Origin: a virus
Taxonomy: Duplodnaviria; Caudoviricetes
Direction: 5' to 3' (one strand)
Virus record (IMG/VR): IMGVR_UViG_3300021093_000075
Coordinates: 1-61,926 of that record
DNA: 61,926 nt
Numbering within the stretch: position 1 is the first letter of the stretch; each line of letters begins with the position of its first letter. Position numbers and translations under genes: made by a program. Under the pieces are notes generated by a model, which did not search any database, had not been told where the DNA came from, and saw nothing but the letters and a program-made list of their open reading frames with translations. Positions 48,531 through 56,469 of this stretch are shown here, piece by piece.

Positions 48531-48925
48531 TACGTGTAAAGGTCCTTTACCGTAGTATCCCAATATGGCTTACCCAGCCTGTTTACTTTTATTCCACGAT
48601 CAGTGAACCGTTTTTCATAGTCTTGGATTGGCTCCACGATGGGCATTTGTGCAGTTGGGTCAAATTGAAGGTAGGTAAAGTCAACAATATGTGGGCCTTC
48701 TGAAGTAGGCACGTGATTTACGGCGTGTGGGATGTCTTCGTCAAACTCGTATGACTGTACAAGAGCGTCAGAAACGCCGCCATGTGCGGTGAAATGCCCC
48801 GAATAATCGTAACAACAGCCCGTATCACGCTTTTCTGGGTCTTTGTAGTTACGGAAGTACTTGTCACCATGTGCAGTTGCAATATTACGCAATTGGTCAG
48901 GGTTTAAATGGTCAGAAGCAGCCAT
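48530..48925 (-). CDS. Tagged Cys-His-Asp papain/transglutaminase-like protein
   Basis: MAASDHLNPDQL; GCC, PHAV, IVDFTYLQFD. Confidence 0.65.
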   Translation of the reverse strand: MAASDHLNPDQLRNIATAHGDKYFRNYKDPEKRDTGCCYDYSGHFTAHGGVSDALVQSYEFDEDIPHAVNHVPTSEGPHIVDFTYLQFDPTAQMPIVEPIQDYEKRFTDRGIKVNRLGKPYWDTTVKDLYT

Positions 48926-49224
48926 TATTCAACCACAAATCCATGTCGACTGGTCATTACAGTTCGCGCTGGGTAGCGCTCTAGGTCTTCTGGGTCGTCT
49001 GGGTCTGCAAACGTTTCGTAAGCATCATCATGCATGTATGTTTCAACGCTGGTGTCGTGCAGTAAGGGGCGAACTGAGTAGGGGGTTCCCCAGTTGTTGG
49101 CAAAGTCATAATCTGGAGTGGCATACACTTCACCGCCATATCGAGGGTCGATGACTTCTCCGGGCTTAAACGACTGTTCTGTTCCGTGGAACAACTCCGG
49201 GTGTAGGTGATCTTTAGCTGCCAT
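48925..49224 (-). CDS. Tagged Arr-like ADP-ribosyltransferase
   Basis: MAAKDHLHPELFHGT..FKPGEVI.P, VYAT, YSVRP, SRHGFVV. Confidence 0.65.
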   Translation of the reverse strand: MAAKDHLHPELFHGTEQSFKPGEVIDPRYGGEVYATPDYDFANNWGTPYSVRPLLHDTSVETYMHDDAYETFADPDDPEDLERYPARTVMTSRHGFVVE

Positions 49225-49603
49225 TATAAAAAATTCCTTTTCGTTCCATCGCCTCAGCAAACTCGTACCCTTCTTCTGTTTCACTGTACGCACGTTGCGG
49301 CGGAGGAATTATTCCCTTAGATGCCTTAGCTATTTTTTGACCATGTAGAACCATGCCAGTCGCAACTCCTCTACGCTGATGTTTTGGATCAACTTGGATA
49401 TTAAACATAGGACCATCCATGTGGTAAAGAATTTGCCCAACAACCTCACCGGTAGGCTTATACACAGCGTCTATTTTGTGATCGTACAGCGTACGTCCTT
49501 CTTCAAGTTCGTCAGCAAAATAATCTCCGTCTAACCACTCTCGTTGTGGGCCGGTGGGGCGATATCTAAACTGATATTTATTAAGATGATTTTTGGCAGC
49601 CAT
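49214..49603 (-). CDS. Tagged GNAT acetyltransferase
   Basis: MAAKNHLNKYQF; VDPKHQRRGVATGM. Confidence 0.8.
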   Translation of the reverse strand: MAAKNHLNKYQFRYRPTGPQREWLDGDYFADELEEGRTLYDHKIDAVYKPTGEVVGQILYHMDGPMFNIQVDPKHQRRGVATGMVLHGQKIAKASKGIIPPPQRAYSETEEGYEFAEAMERKGIFYNGS

Positions 49604-49605
49604 TG

Positions 49606-50130
49606 TTAATTGCTTACTTCTTTATATATGTCGTATAGCTTTTCTTTTTCTCTAAAAGTCATTGGGGCAACATGGCTATAACCTGAAGATACAAAACTTT
49701 TATGCTCTACATCAGTGATGTATTGTTTTGCTTTATTTATTACGTTGTCAAGATTGTTGGAAAATTGTGGCCCTAAATGACGGACGTAATCTCCAACAAA
49801 TTTTGTTGGAATAACCAATGAAGTTGACCCAGGATCCTCAACGTTGTTCCAATATCTGTGGATTTTTCGGATATTTCCTTCCGGAACAGGGTTGCCGTCA
49901 GTTGGGTCACCAAACATTCTTTTTGACATTGGGGCAGATTTTTGAATTTCATATGCGTGTATTTGTGCGGAACCAGGAACATACTCATCATCCCAAGTTC
50001 CGCTGTCTTCCATTTTGTGCAAAATTCTGTCTAAAGCAGATTCTTTAGTTCCAGCATGAAACAATTGATTCTCAGAAACCATATGCGGTGCTTTGCCCGC
50101 CAACGTACCGTGATAAACAATCCTACGCAT
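49606..50130 (-). CDS. ART-like protein, family A (HLGPQF tag)
   Basis: VYHGT, FHAGT.ESALDR, HAYE, N.VEDPGSTS. Confidence 0.65.
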   Translation of the reverse strand: MRRIVYHGTLAGKAPHMVSENQLFHAGTKESALDRILHKMEDSGTWDDEYVPGSAQIHAYEIQKSAPMSKRMFGDPTDGNPVPEGNIRKIHRYWNNVEDPGSTSLVIPTKFVGDYVRHLGPQFSNNLDNVINKAKQYITDVEHKSFVSSGYSHVAPMTFREKEKLYDIYKEVSN

Positions 50131-50132
50131 TG

Positions 50133-50513
50133 TTAATCTTCTTCGTAATTGGGTTCGTCGTTATCCCAGTCGTAATCGTTTGGGCCGGGGCGTGACGACA
50201 ATCCCCTATTATAAATTTCCCAAGCCCAATCATCGCCTTCTTTAGTCCTAAAACGAGAAGGAATTGGTTCTGGGTAGTGGAAAGGCTGATCCTTGTGCGC
50301 TTGCCCTGCACGTTTCCACATTTCTGTTGCCAAACCTTGTCTTCGATATTCTGGGTTAACTGATACATGCTCAAGTTGTTTTTCGCTCCACGCCATGTTT
50401 CCAACTTTTAATCCAGTAATAGCATCAATTGCGGTTATTTCCGCCGAACCGTATTTTTCATAAAAGGGGTAATAATTAAACTGGATAGCATTAAGGGAAT
50501 TTTTGGCAGCCAT
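50133..50513 (-). CDS. Tagged GNAT acetyltransferase
   Basis: MAAKNSLNAIQF; VNPEYRRQGLATEMW. Confidence 0.8.
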   Translation of the reverse strand: MAAKNSLNAIQFNYYPFYEKYGSAEITAIDAITGLKVGNMAWSEKQLEHVSVNPEYRRQGLATEMWKRAGQAHKDQPFHYPEPIPSRFRTKEGDDWAWEIYNRGLSSRPGPNDYDWDNDEPNYEED

Positions 50514-50932
50514 TAGTAATCCTCGTCGTACGTGTTGTCGGGAGGTTTAGCCGACAGTCCACGATCATACATACCCCACGCCCACTCGTCACCTTCGGGT
50601 GTTCGATAATCCGAGTGTTTTATTTTTGGGTAATGCCACGGTTGTTGGTTATGTAATTGTTCAGCTAATTTCCACATTTCAGTGGCAATGCCTTTTCGTT
50701 GGTGTTTATCCGCTACGTCTATATCAATAATTCTTCCCTCGTATGTGTCTATGAGCTCTGGAGAAGTTTTAGGATTAGTCCAACTTAATTTACCAACATA
50801 ATTGTTTTTGTGATCTGTTACTTCAATGAAAGGGTTGTTTGGATAAAAATCGGCGTGGGGTTCTTGTTTGGGGCCATACATTACTTTGTAGGCCCCAAAC
50901 AGGGCAGAATTAAGATTATCTTTGGCAGCCAT
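50513..50932 (-). CDS. Tagged GNAT acetyltransferase
   Basis: MAAKDNLNSALF; VADKHQRKGIATEMW; TAAAAT-N6-ATG. Confidence 0.8.
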   Translation of the reverse strand: MAAKDNLNSALFGAYKVMYGPKQEPHADFYPNNPFIEVTDHKNNYVGKLSWTNPKTSPELIDTYEGRIIDIDVADKHQRKGIATEMWKLAEQLHNQQPWHYPKIKHSDYRTPEGDEWAWGMYDRGLSAKPPDNTYDEDY

Positions 50933-50961
50933 TGGTATATTTTATCTTGTATTATTAGTTA
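50933..50961. promoter_or_regulatory. Back-to-back leaderless promoters
   Basis: Minus-strand TAAAAT (50944-50939) and plus-strand TATTAT (50950-50955), each 6 nt from its ATG. Confidence 0.65.
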
Positions 50962-51501
50962 ATGTTTGATGACGACCAACACCTGTATAAACCCAATAGG
51001 CGGGTTTATCATGGCACCTGGGGAAACGTGGCTCCTCACAACGCCAGCCAACCAGACTTCCACGCTGGTACTTACCAATCCGCCCTAGACCGGTTAAAAA
51101 CCGAGTCTTTCTTTGATTATTACGACACACAAACCGAATCATTTGATGAGAATGCTGAACCAAGCAACAGAGCCACAATTCATGCCTATGAATTAAGTGA
51201 AAAGCCTTCTCATTTAATTTACGACGACCCCCATTTTGGAACTTGGCAAGAATCCCACGTTCCAAAACGGTACAGAGAACGTGTGCCTATGTTAAACAAA
51301 TTACAATCTAAAATGGTTGATCCATTAATTGTTACTGACCATGCTTCACGATGGGGCCAAGGTCCAATACGCAGATATACAAATCTTTATGAAGACCCCG
51401 GTAGTATTTCTTATTTAATACCCGTAAATGCTGTTAGTCAGCGGCGTGTGCGGTATTTAGGTCCACAGTTCCTAAGTCGTGAAGATTTAGAAGATATGTA
51501 A
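50962..51501 (+). CDS. ART-like protein, family A (C-terminal YLGPQF tag)
   Basis: VYHGT, FHAGT.QSALDR, HAYE, YTN.YEDPGS.S. Confidence 0.65.
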   Translation: MFDDDQHLYKPNRRVYHGTWGNVAPHNASQPDFHAGTYQSALDRLKTESFFDYYDTQTESFDENAEPSNRATIHAYELSEKPSHLIYDDPHFGTWQESHVPKRYRERVPMLNKLQSKMVDPLIVTDHASRWGQGPIRRYTNLYEDPGSISYLIPVNAVSQRRVRYLGPQFLSREDLEDM

Positions 51502-51504
51502 ACA

Positions 51505-52119
51505 GTGGCTCATCACGTTTGTAGTATCCCCCGCCCAATGTATGGGTACGTCAAAAACGAGTTTCTTTACGACATGCAGGAAGGGTTTGGGCAAACCACC
51601 CCAGCACTGTTGTATGGGCTTTCAGCCCTACCTAATCGAGCTTGGGGTATTTCAGCCCTTTTGTCAAACGGGGCGTTAATCCAACATTTACCTGTTCATG
51701 CTTTCTTAAAGAACCCAACAAGCCCACATAACCATCAGTTAGGTGAACTCCAGGTTTGGTCATGTTACGGACAGGATTTTGGTGTTGAAGAATTTAGTGC
51801 CTTGTCGGAATTGTCCGTAAGGGCGTATCTAAAAGGATCGTGGGAATCCGCCCACTATTGGTTTACAGCCGCCCCATACGACGATGTATATTCACGAACT
51901 CCAGACCAACACAAGCATTTTAATTTTATCTGGCTTGACTGCGGGCATTTAGCAGCATTGCCGGGAAACCGATTGCTTGTACACGACCCATCATTTACGG
52001 TAGACATGCCCAAGTGGGGAGATCGCCCTAGATACAAAGTCAACACTCAATACTGGTATCCAGAAGCTTTTGACCAAAAGCCACAATTTGATTCAACTAT
52101 TGACGATCAAACTGCCTAG
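51505..52119 (+). CDS. Hypothetical protein (no tag)
   Basis: 204 aa; LQVWSCYG, QHK. Confidence 0.65.
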   Translation: MAHHVCSIPRPMYGYVKNEFLYDMQEGFGQTTPALLYGLSALPNRAWGISALLSNGALIQHLPVHAFLKNPTSPHNHQLGELQVWSCYGQDFGVEEFSALSELSVRAYLKGSWESAHYWFTAAPYDDVYSRTPDQHKHFNFIWLDCGHLAALPGNRLLVHDPSFTVDMPKWGDRPRYKVNTQYWYPEAFDQKPQFDSTIDDQTA

Positions 52120-52517
52120 GGGAATGGTTCTATCTTTAAAATATTATGAGGTGCAATTTTCCCAACGTTCAAAACTGAACCAGTTTGTTTTAATGAGTTT
52201 TTCCAATCAACTCCGCTTCTAAGTTGTGTTTCATCAAAATCTCTAGGCAAACCTGTATGAACTGGCTCTTCAAACGAGTTGTAATCAGGAGTTAAATTGC
52301 GAGGATTTGCTCTTATTGTAATGATTGACGTTGGTGTTTCTAATCCACCATAATCAGATTGCCTAAGCGCGTAGTGTTCTGCAAGTTCGTAATCGTTTGT
52401 TAGATATGAATTAGGGCCTAAACCTTGAGCCTTTATATATTCAAGATTTTTATCAGTGGTGGCATGAAACAAATGTAAATGAAATTGCCCATCGCTAATG
52501 TGGTCTCTAGCAGCCAT
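52116..52517 (-). CDS. Tagged ADP-ribosyltransferase-fold protein (Tpt1/HYE-like)
   Basis: MAARDHISDGQF; LFHAT..NL..I..QGL, YLT...AEHYA, GKI.P.NI. Confidence 0.65.
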   Translation of the reverse strand: MAARDHISDGQFHLHLFHATTDKNLEYIKAQGLGPNSYLTNDYELAEHYALRQSDYGGLETPTSIITIRANPRNLTPDYNSFEEPVHTGLPRDFDETQLRSGVDWKNSLKQTGSVLNVGKIAPHNILKIEPFP

Positions 52518-52519
52518 AA

Positions 52520-53206
52520 CTAACGTTTATAGAATGGAAACAGCTCATCACCAGACGGTTTGCCAGATGTTAATGGATACCCATCATCTGGAACTCCCAT
52601 TTCTCCTTTTACGTACTCGTGAACGTCTGAAAGCTCTCCACCATCGTACGGAATTCTAAATTGCTGGCTGCTTAAATGCTTAACATATCCTTCGTTAACG
52701 GCGTTCTTTGAGATAACAAACGAAGTAGAGCCGGGATCTTCCCATCGATTGACATATTTGTGAACAAATGGTTTTCCATCCTTTGACCGCTCTGGAACTT
52801 GTAAGTCCTCAACGTAGTCACTAGGCCAATCTTGGTCTTCAGAATACCCTTGAGTGTGTGGGTCTTCAAACGTAAGCATTGTGGGTCGACGCAGTATTTG
52901 ATACGTGTGAAGGTTGAATGAGGGGTCTGGGCCCTCACCATGCGTAAACAGGCTTTCATGCGCAGCCTGTTTTTTGTTGGTATCTGTTATTTCTGGAAAA
53001 TGGTCGTCGGTATAGTATTCAGACATTTGGAGATTTGTTTGATACGCGGCTCGATCAAGGGCAGCATTTAGTGTTCCGGCATGGAATGATGGTCCACCAG
53101 CGCCTTCTGAGAGATGCGGAGCTTTATGTTCAGGTGCATTTGCGTGGTAAACAATAAGCGGCTTACCACGCCATCGAGGAGAATCATATTTCTTTTTAAT
53201 AGCCAC
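52520..53206 (-). CDS. ART-like protein, family A (HLSSQQF tag)
   Basis: IVYHA, FHAGTLNAALDR, HTYQ, YVNRWEDPGSTS; TAAAAT-N6-GTG. Confidence 0.65.
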   Translation of the reverse strand: MAIKKKYDSPRWRGKPLIVYHANAPEHKAPHLSEGAGGPSFHAGTLNAALDRAAYQTNLQMSEYYTDDHFPEITDTNKKQAAHESLFTHGEGPDPSFNLHTYQILRRPTMLTFEDPHTQGYSEDQDWPSDYVEDLQVPERSKDGKPFVHKYVNRWEDPGSTSFVISKNAVNEGYVKHLSSQQFRIPYDGGELSDVHEYVKGEMGVPDDGYPLTSGKPSGDELFPFYKR

Positions 53207-53248
53207 TGGCCCATTTTACCGTTAATTTAACTAGGGTATAATTTTGTA
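53207..53248. promoter_or_regulatory. Divergent leaderless promoters
   Basis: Minus-strand TAAAAT (53218-53213) and plus-strand TATAAT (53237-53242), each 6 nt from its start codon. Confidence 0.65.
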
Positions 53249-54646
53249 ATGCCCCAACTTGGTTCACAGTTTGAAAATACCTACACTGTAGAGCCTGGGA
53301 AGACCGTGTCTAAGGTGGTCAAGGAAAAAAAAGACCTTGAGTCTGGTTTAACCCAAATAGAAAAACGGCAGGCTGAGCATCAGGGAAAGCCGTTTAGGGA
53401 CTTTGATTATGTCAAAGAGGAAGTTGAAACCCCAGATACAGTAACGGATTACGATGTTACAGAACATCCGCAAGGTATGTTGTTTGCTCCGGAAACCGGT
53501 ACATTTAGGCCTGGGGATCCGCTTTACCCAAGAGAACAGCGTTTGGCTGATGTTAAAAAGAATTACCCAGTAAGTATTAAAGGGTCAACTCCTAAATCAA
53601 AAATTGAAGAAGTTCAAAACATGATTGCTAATACTAGTTATTCTAAACAAGAGTTAGAACAGGGAGCGGCTGATATTAGAATTGAAACAACACGAGGATA
53701 CGCAGGTTCGTACGACTCGTCTGTTAACCGTATTTACTTGCGAGATGATGCATCTTTATCAGCAGACTTGGAAAGCAGTATCTTTTCTCACGAACTGGGA
53801 CATGCGTTTGATTCAAAACTTAGGATAACAAGGGGACCAAAGCGAGAACGTGAGCAAGACGTAATGATGGAGAAAAAGGGAAGGTTTACTATTTCTCCAA
53901 CTGAAGAGGGCATAGCTGACGGTATGGGTGACCGCTACGGCCATGTTACAACCGAAACCCCTGAGTGGTACAAACCTGAAGTCACCACTGAACCAACCAT
54001 GTCTGAAAACGAACGTCGATTGCACCCTTCGCACCCTGATCGGCGGATTGACATGAAATCTTACGGGTACAGTACACAAAATGATGCTTGGTCAAATAAA
54101 CAAGAGCAGGCTTTGTACGCTGCCACTCGACTACATGTGGGTATGCATGGGCCAAAAGGTATCGCTGACATGCCGGATATGAATGAACTTGTACACAAGC
54201 ACTTACATGAAGAAGGAACAAAATGGGTAAAAAACAAAAGAGAAGAAAATGAACGCGAGTTTTGGGGTGATCGAGGTTTTGATAGGCCAGATGCCCCTAA
54301 AAAAGTGCATGACTACGATTATTTAAAAACCCCAACATTCAAAAACCAAGCACGGGCTTTGTTTTTGGGTAAGCTTTTACATGAAAATACAGCCGTACAT
54401 GAAAGCATGCATAGTCTTGGTTTTGGGGAAATTGCAACACATGCAGTAGATACATACAAGTATCACGAGGCTGTGCACCAACAAAAACAGACTCAGAACC
54501 AATTGAAACTGTGGGATGAGCCTGATCCCAAGTTGACTCCCCCTAAAAAACTAACGCGTCAGCAAATGCGTAGAGATGATTACAGACCAAAAAAGAAAAA
54601 TGAGTTTGATCGCCTTGATAGGCTGTTTGGTGGCTGGAAACAATGA
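53249..54646 (+). CDS. Tagged zincin metallopeptidase-like protein
   Basis: MPQLGSQF; AGSY...RIYL, HELGH, EEGIAD. Confidence 0.7.
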   Translation: MPQLGSQFENTYTVEPGKTVSKVVKEKKDLESGLTQIEKRQAEHQGKPFRDFDYVKEEVETPDTVTDYDVTEHPQGMLFAPETGTFRPGDPLYPREQRLADVKKNYPVSIKGSTPKSKIEEVQNMIANTSYSKQELEQGAADIRIETTRGYAGSYDSSVNRIYLRDDASLSADLESSIFSHELGHAFDSKLRITRGPKREREQDVMMEKKGRFTISPTEEGIADGMGDRYGHVTTETPEWYKPEVTTEPTMSENERRLHPSHPDRRIDMKSYGYSTQNDAWSNKQEQALYAATRLHVGMHGPKGIADMPDMNELVHKHLHEEGTKWVKNKREENEREFWGDRGFDRPDAPKKVHDYDYLKTPTFKNQARALFLGKLLHENTAVHESMHSLGFGEIATHAVDTYKYHEAVHQQKQTQNQLKLWDEPDPKLTPPKKLTRQQMRRDDYRPKKKNEFDRLDRLFGGWKQ

Positions 54647-54978
54647 TGTATCATTGCTCAACGTATGAGTAAACAATTAGGCTTGGGTGAATACGGAAAG
54701 CAACGTATTAAAAACTTGCTTTCTACAGTTGGAACCCAGGTTACCCCTAAAGAGCAGAAGCTGTATACAACACTTGGGATTTTGAATAAAGATGAACAAA
54801 AACCGGTTAAGTGACCAGTTCTTTTCGTCTTACGAAGAAGACGACGATACAGTAGATGACAGGTGGGAAGCCCATCTAGGTAAAAAGAATCGCATGACAT
54901 CAAATGATCGTCGGTCTAAAAAGAAAATTCGTAAATTTCATAAAGATAGTTGACACGGACAGGAAACCTTGATAAGGT

Positions 54979-55134
54979 ATGGTCGTTACATACAACATCA
55001 CTACTCCAGCAATGAACGATGCACGAAACCAAGCCATTAAGCTTGCCAAAGCTCAGGGCTACACCAAGTTCATGGTTTTGTCCATCGATCAGGTAGAGTA
55101 CGGGGTGTACGCGGTAACACTACAAGTCAACTAG
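54979..55134 (+). CDS. Small hypothetical protein (not in ORF track)
   Basis: 51 aa ORF; TTGACA at 54950 upstream. Confidence 0.5.
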   Translation: MVVTYNITTPAMNDARNQAIKLAKAQGYTKFMVLSIDQVEYGVYAVTLQVN

Positions 55135-55142
55135 GAGACATT

Positions 55143-55406
55143 ATGAAAAAGAAGAAGATGAGTTTTGATGAGTGGTTGGAGTACGGCGTTAGCCAAAAAT
55201 GGTGTTTGTGGCCAGTGTGCTACGTCCACGACGGTGTGCCACTAACAGTGGATGAGGAATTTGAATTTGACGAAGGGCACGACCCCTGCGTTCATGTCAT
55301 CCGTGTTTTGGAAAGCCCAGAACAGTGGGAAGAAGCCTTGCAACACATGGGTTCCCATCTTCCATATCGTATGCCAAGGGACATGGTTCCCCAAGATATC
55401 GAGTAG
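55143..55406 (+). CDS. Hypothetical protein
   Basis: AGGAG RBS; C..HDG.P...DPC.H..R. Confidence 0.7.
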   Translation: MKKKKMSFDEWLEYGVSQKWCLWPVCYVHDGVPLTVDEEFEFDEGHDPCVHVIRVLESPEQWEEALQHMGSHLPYRMPRDMVPQDIE

Positions 55407-55415
55407 AATATTGGG

Positions 55416-55559
55416 GTGACTGACGAAGTTCCTGCCCCAGATTCACAAGATACGAGTGAGCAATGTGTTCGCTGTGGCTGCCACATGCGCCCAGAGCATG
55501 CTCACTACAGATGCGACAACTGTGGTTGCCGTGATGCCTGTTGTGAAGGAGTATATTAG
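55416..55559 (+). CDS. Small zinc-finger protein (not in ORF track)
   Basis: CVRCG...HAHYRCDNCG.RDACCEG; TAGAAT-N6-GTG. Confidence 0.6.
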   Translation: MTDEVPAPDSQDTSEQCVRCGCHMRPEHAHYRCDNCGCRDACCEGVY

Positions 55560-55747
55560 TGACTACTAGCGAAAAGACAGCAGAAGAAGCAAAAGCTGAA
55601 GCTGAACAACGTGCGGAACAAATCCGCGACGTATGGCTTCAACTTCTAAAAGAAGACCGCGCAACCGCCGTAGAAACAGCCAAGGCGAAACTTGCCGCCA
55701 TCGGACTTCCCGAAGCAGAAATCAACAAAATGTTTGGAAGTTCGTGA
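55559..55747 (+). CDS. Small hypothetical protein
   Basis: AKAKLAAIGL..AEI, coupled. Confidence 0.6.
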   Translation: MTTSEKTAEEAKAEAEQRAEQIRDVWLQLLKEDRATAVETAKAKLAAIGLPEAEINKMFGSS

Positions 55748-56469
55748 TGCCCACCACGGTTAATTATTCCATTGTTCGTGGTTTACCCTGGGAGCGACAA
55801 ATCTGTGTTAAAAGCAGACAAACTCGTTGGCGTTTAAAAGTAACCAACTTAAACGCCTATATTCAAATTGATAAAAACCATAAAAAAGAAATTGACGCTA
55901 CCGTTATGGGAAGCAACAACATTTTGTTGTGCTTAAACGCTGATGAGACTTTGGATCTGCCAGAGGGTTATTTATCGTATGATGTTTGGGCGACTGTTCA
56001 AATAAACAATCGTACTTCGGTGCACCAACCGGTAGCCAAAGGTCGAATACATGTCAGCACCTACGGCTCAATCACCCCATTGGAGGATGACGACGAAATG
56101 GAACTTCGATACACGCAGCGCACAGACTTTCGTCGCACCTTTTCGTGGAAAGACGAAGACGGGGATGTGTTGGCTGTACAAAAAGCCCATATGCAGGCCA
56201 AGGACGCTACTGGAACAGTAGTCCTAGACATCCGCTGGTACGCCACCCCGCCCAGTGAGGCAACCATTGCTGAATTGCCAGCATCCCGCCGCGGGTATCT
56301 TGCCCCCGCCGCTGGCGCAACTTTACAATTGCATATTTCCAATTTAAACAACATTGCTGCTGGATCTTACAGTTATGATTTGTTTGTACAAGATAGCGCT
56401 GGGGATTGGGACCAATTAGTTAAGGGGACGTTTGTTGTTGAAGAGGCTGTGTCAGTAGAGCCTGTATGA
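55747..56469 (+). CDS. Putative tail/baseplate adaptor with two tandem BppU-like domains
   Basis: Two similar halves, each with YD(V/L) and KG.(I/F).V; heads the fibre gene cluster. Confidence 0.6.
   Translation: MPTTVNYSIVRGLPWERQICVKSRQTRWRLKVTNLNAYIQIDKNHKKEIDATVMGSNNILLCLNADETLDLPEGYLSYDVWATVQINNRTSVHQPVAKGRIHVSTYGSITPLEDDDEMELRYTQRTDFRRTFSWKDEDGDVLAVQKAHMQAKDATGTVVLDIRWYATPPSEATIAELPASRRGYLAPAAGATLQLHISNLNNIAAGSYSYDLFVQDSAGDWDQLVKGTFVVEEAVSVEPV

Noticed and set aside
45853-49224. Calling the Arr-like genes rifampicin-resistance genes (arr)
   Set aside because: Only the general ART motif pattern is recognisable; substrate unknown
44883-52517. Repeated 5' gene ends as a CRISPR array or integron attC sites
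   Set aside because: The repeats are in-frame coding sequence with synonymous variation; no attC-like palindromes or integrase seen
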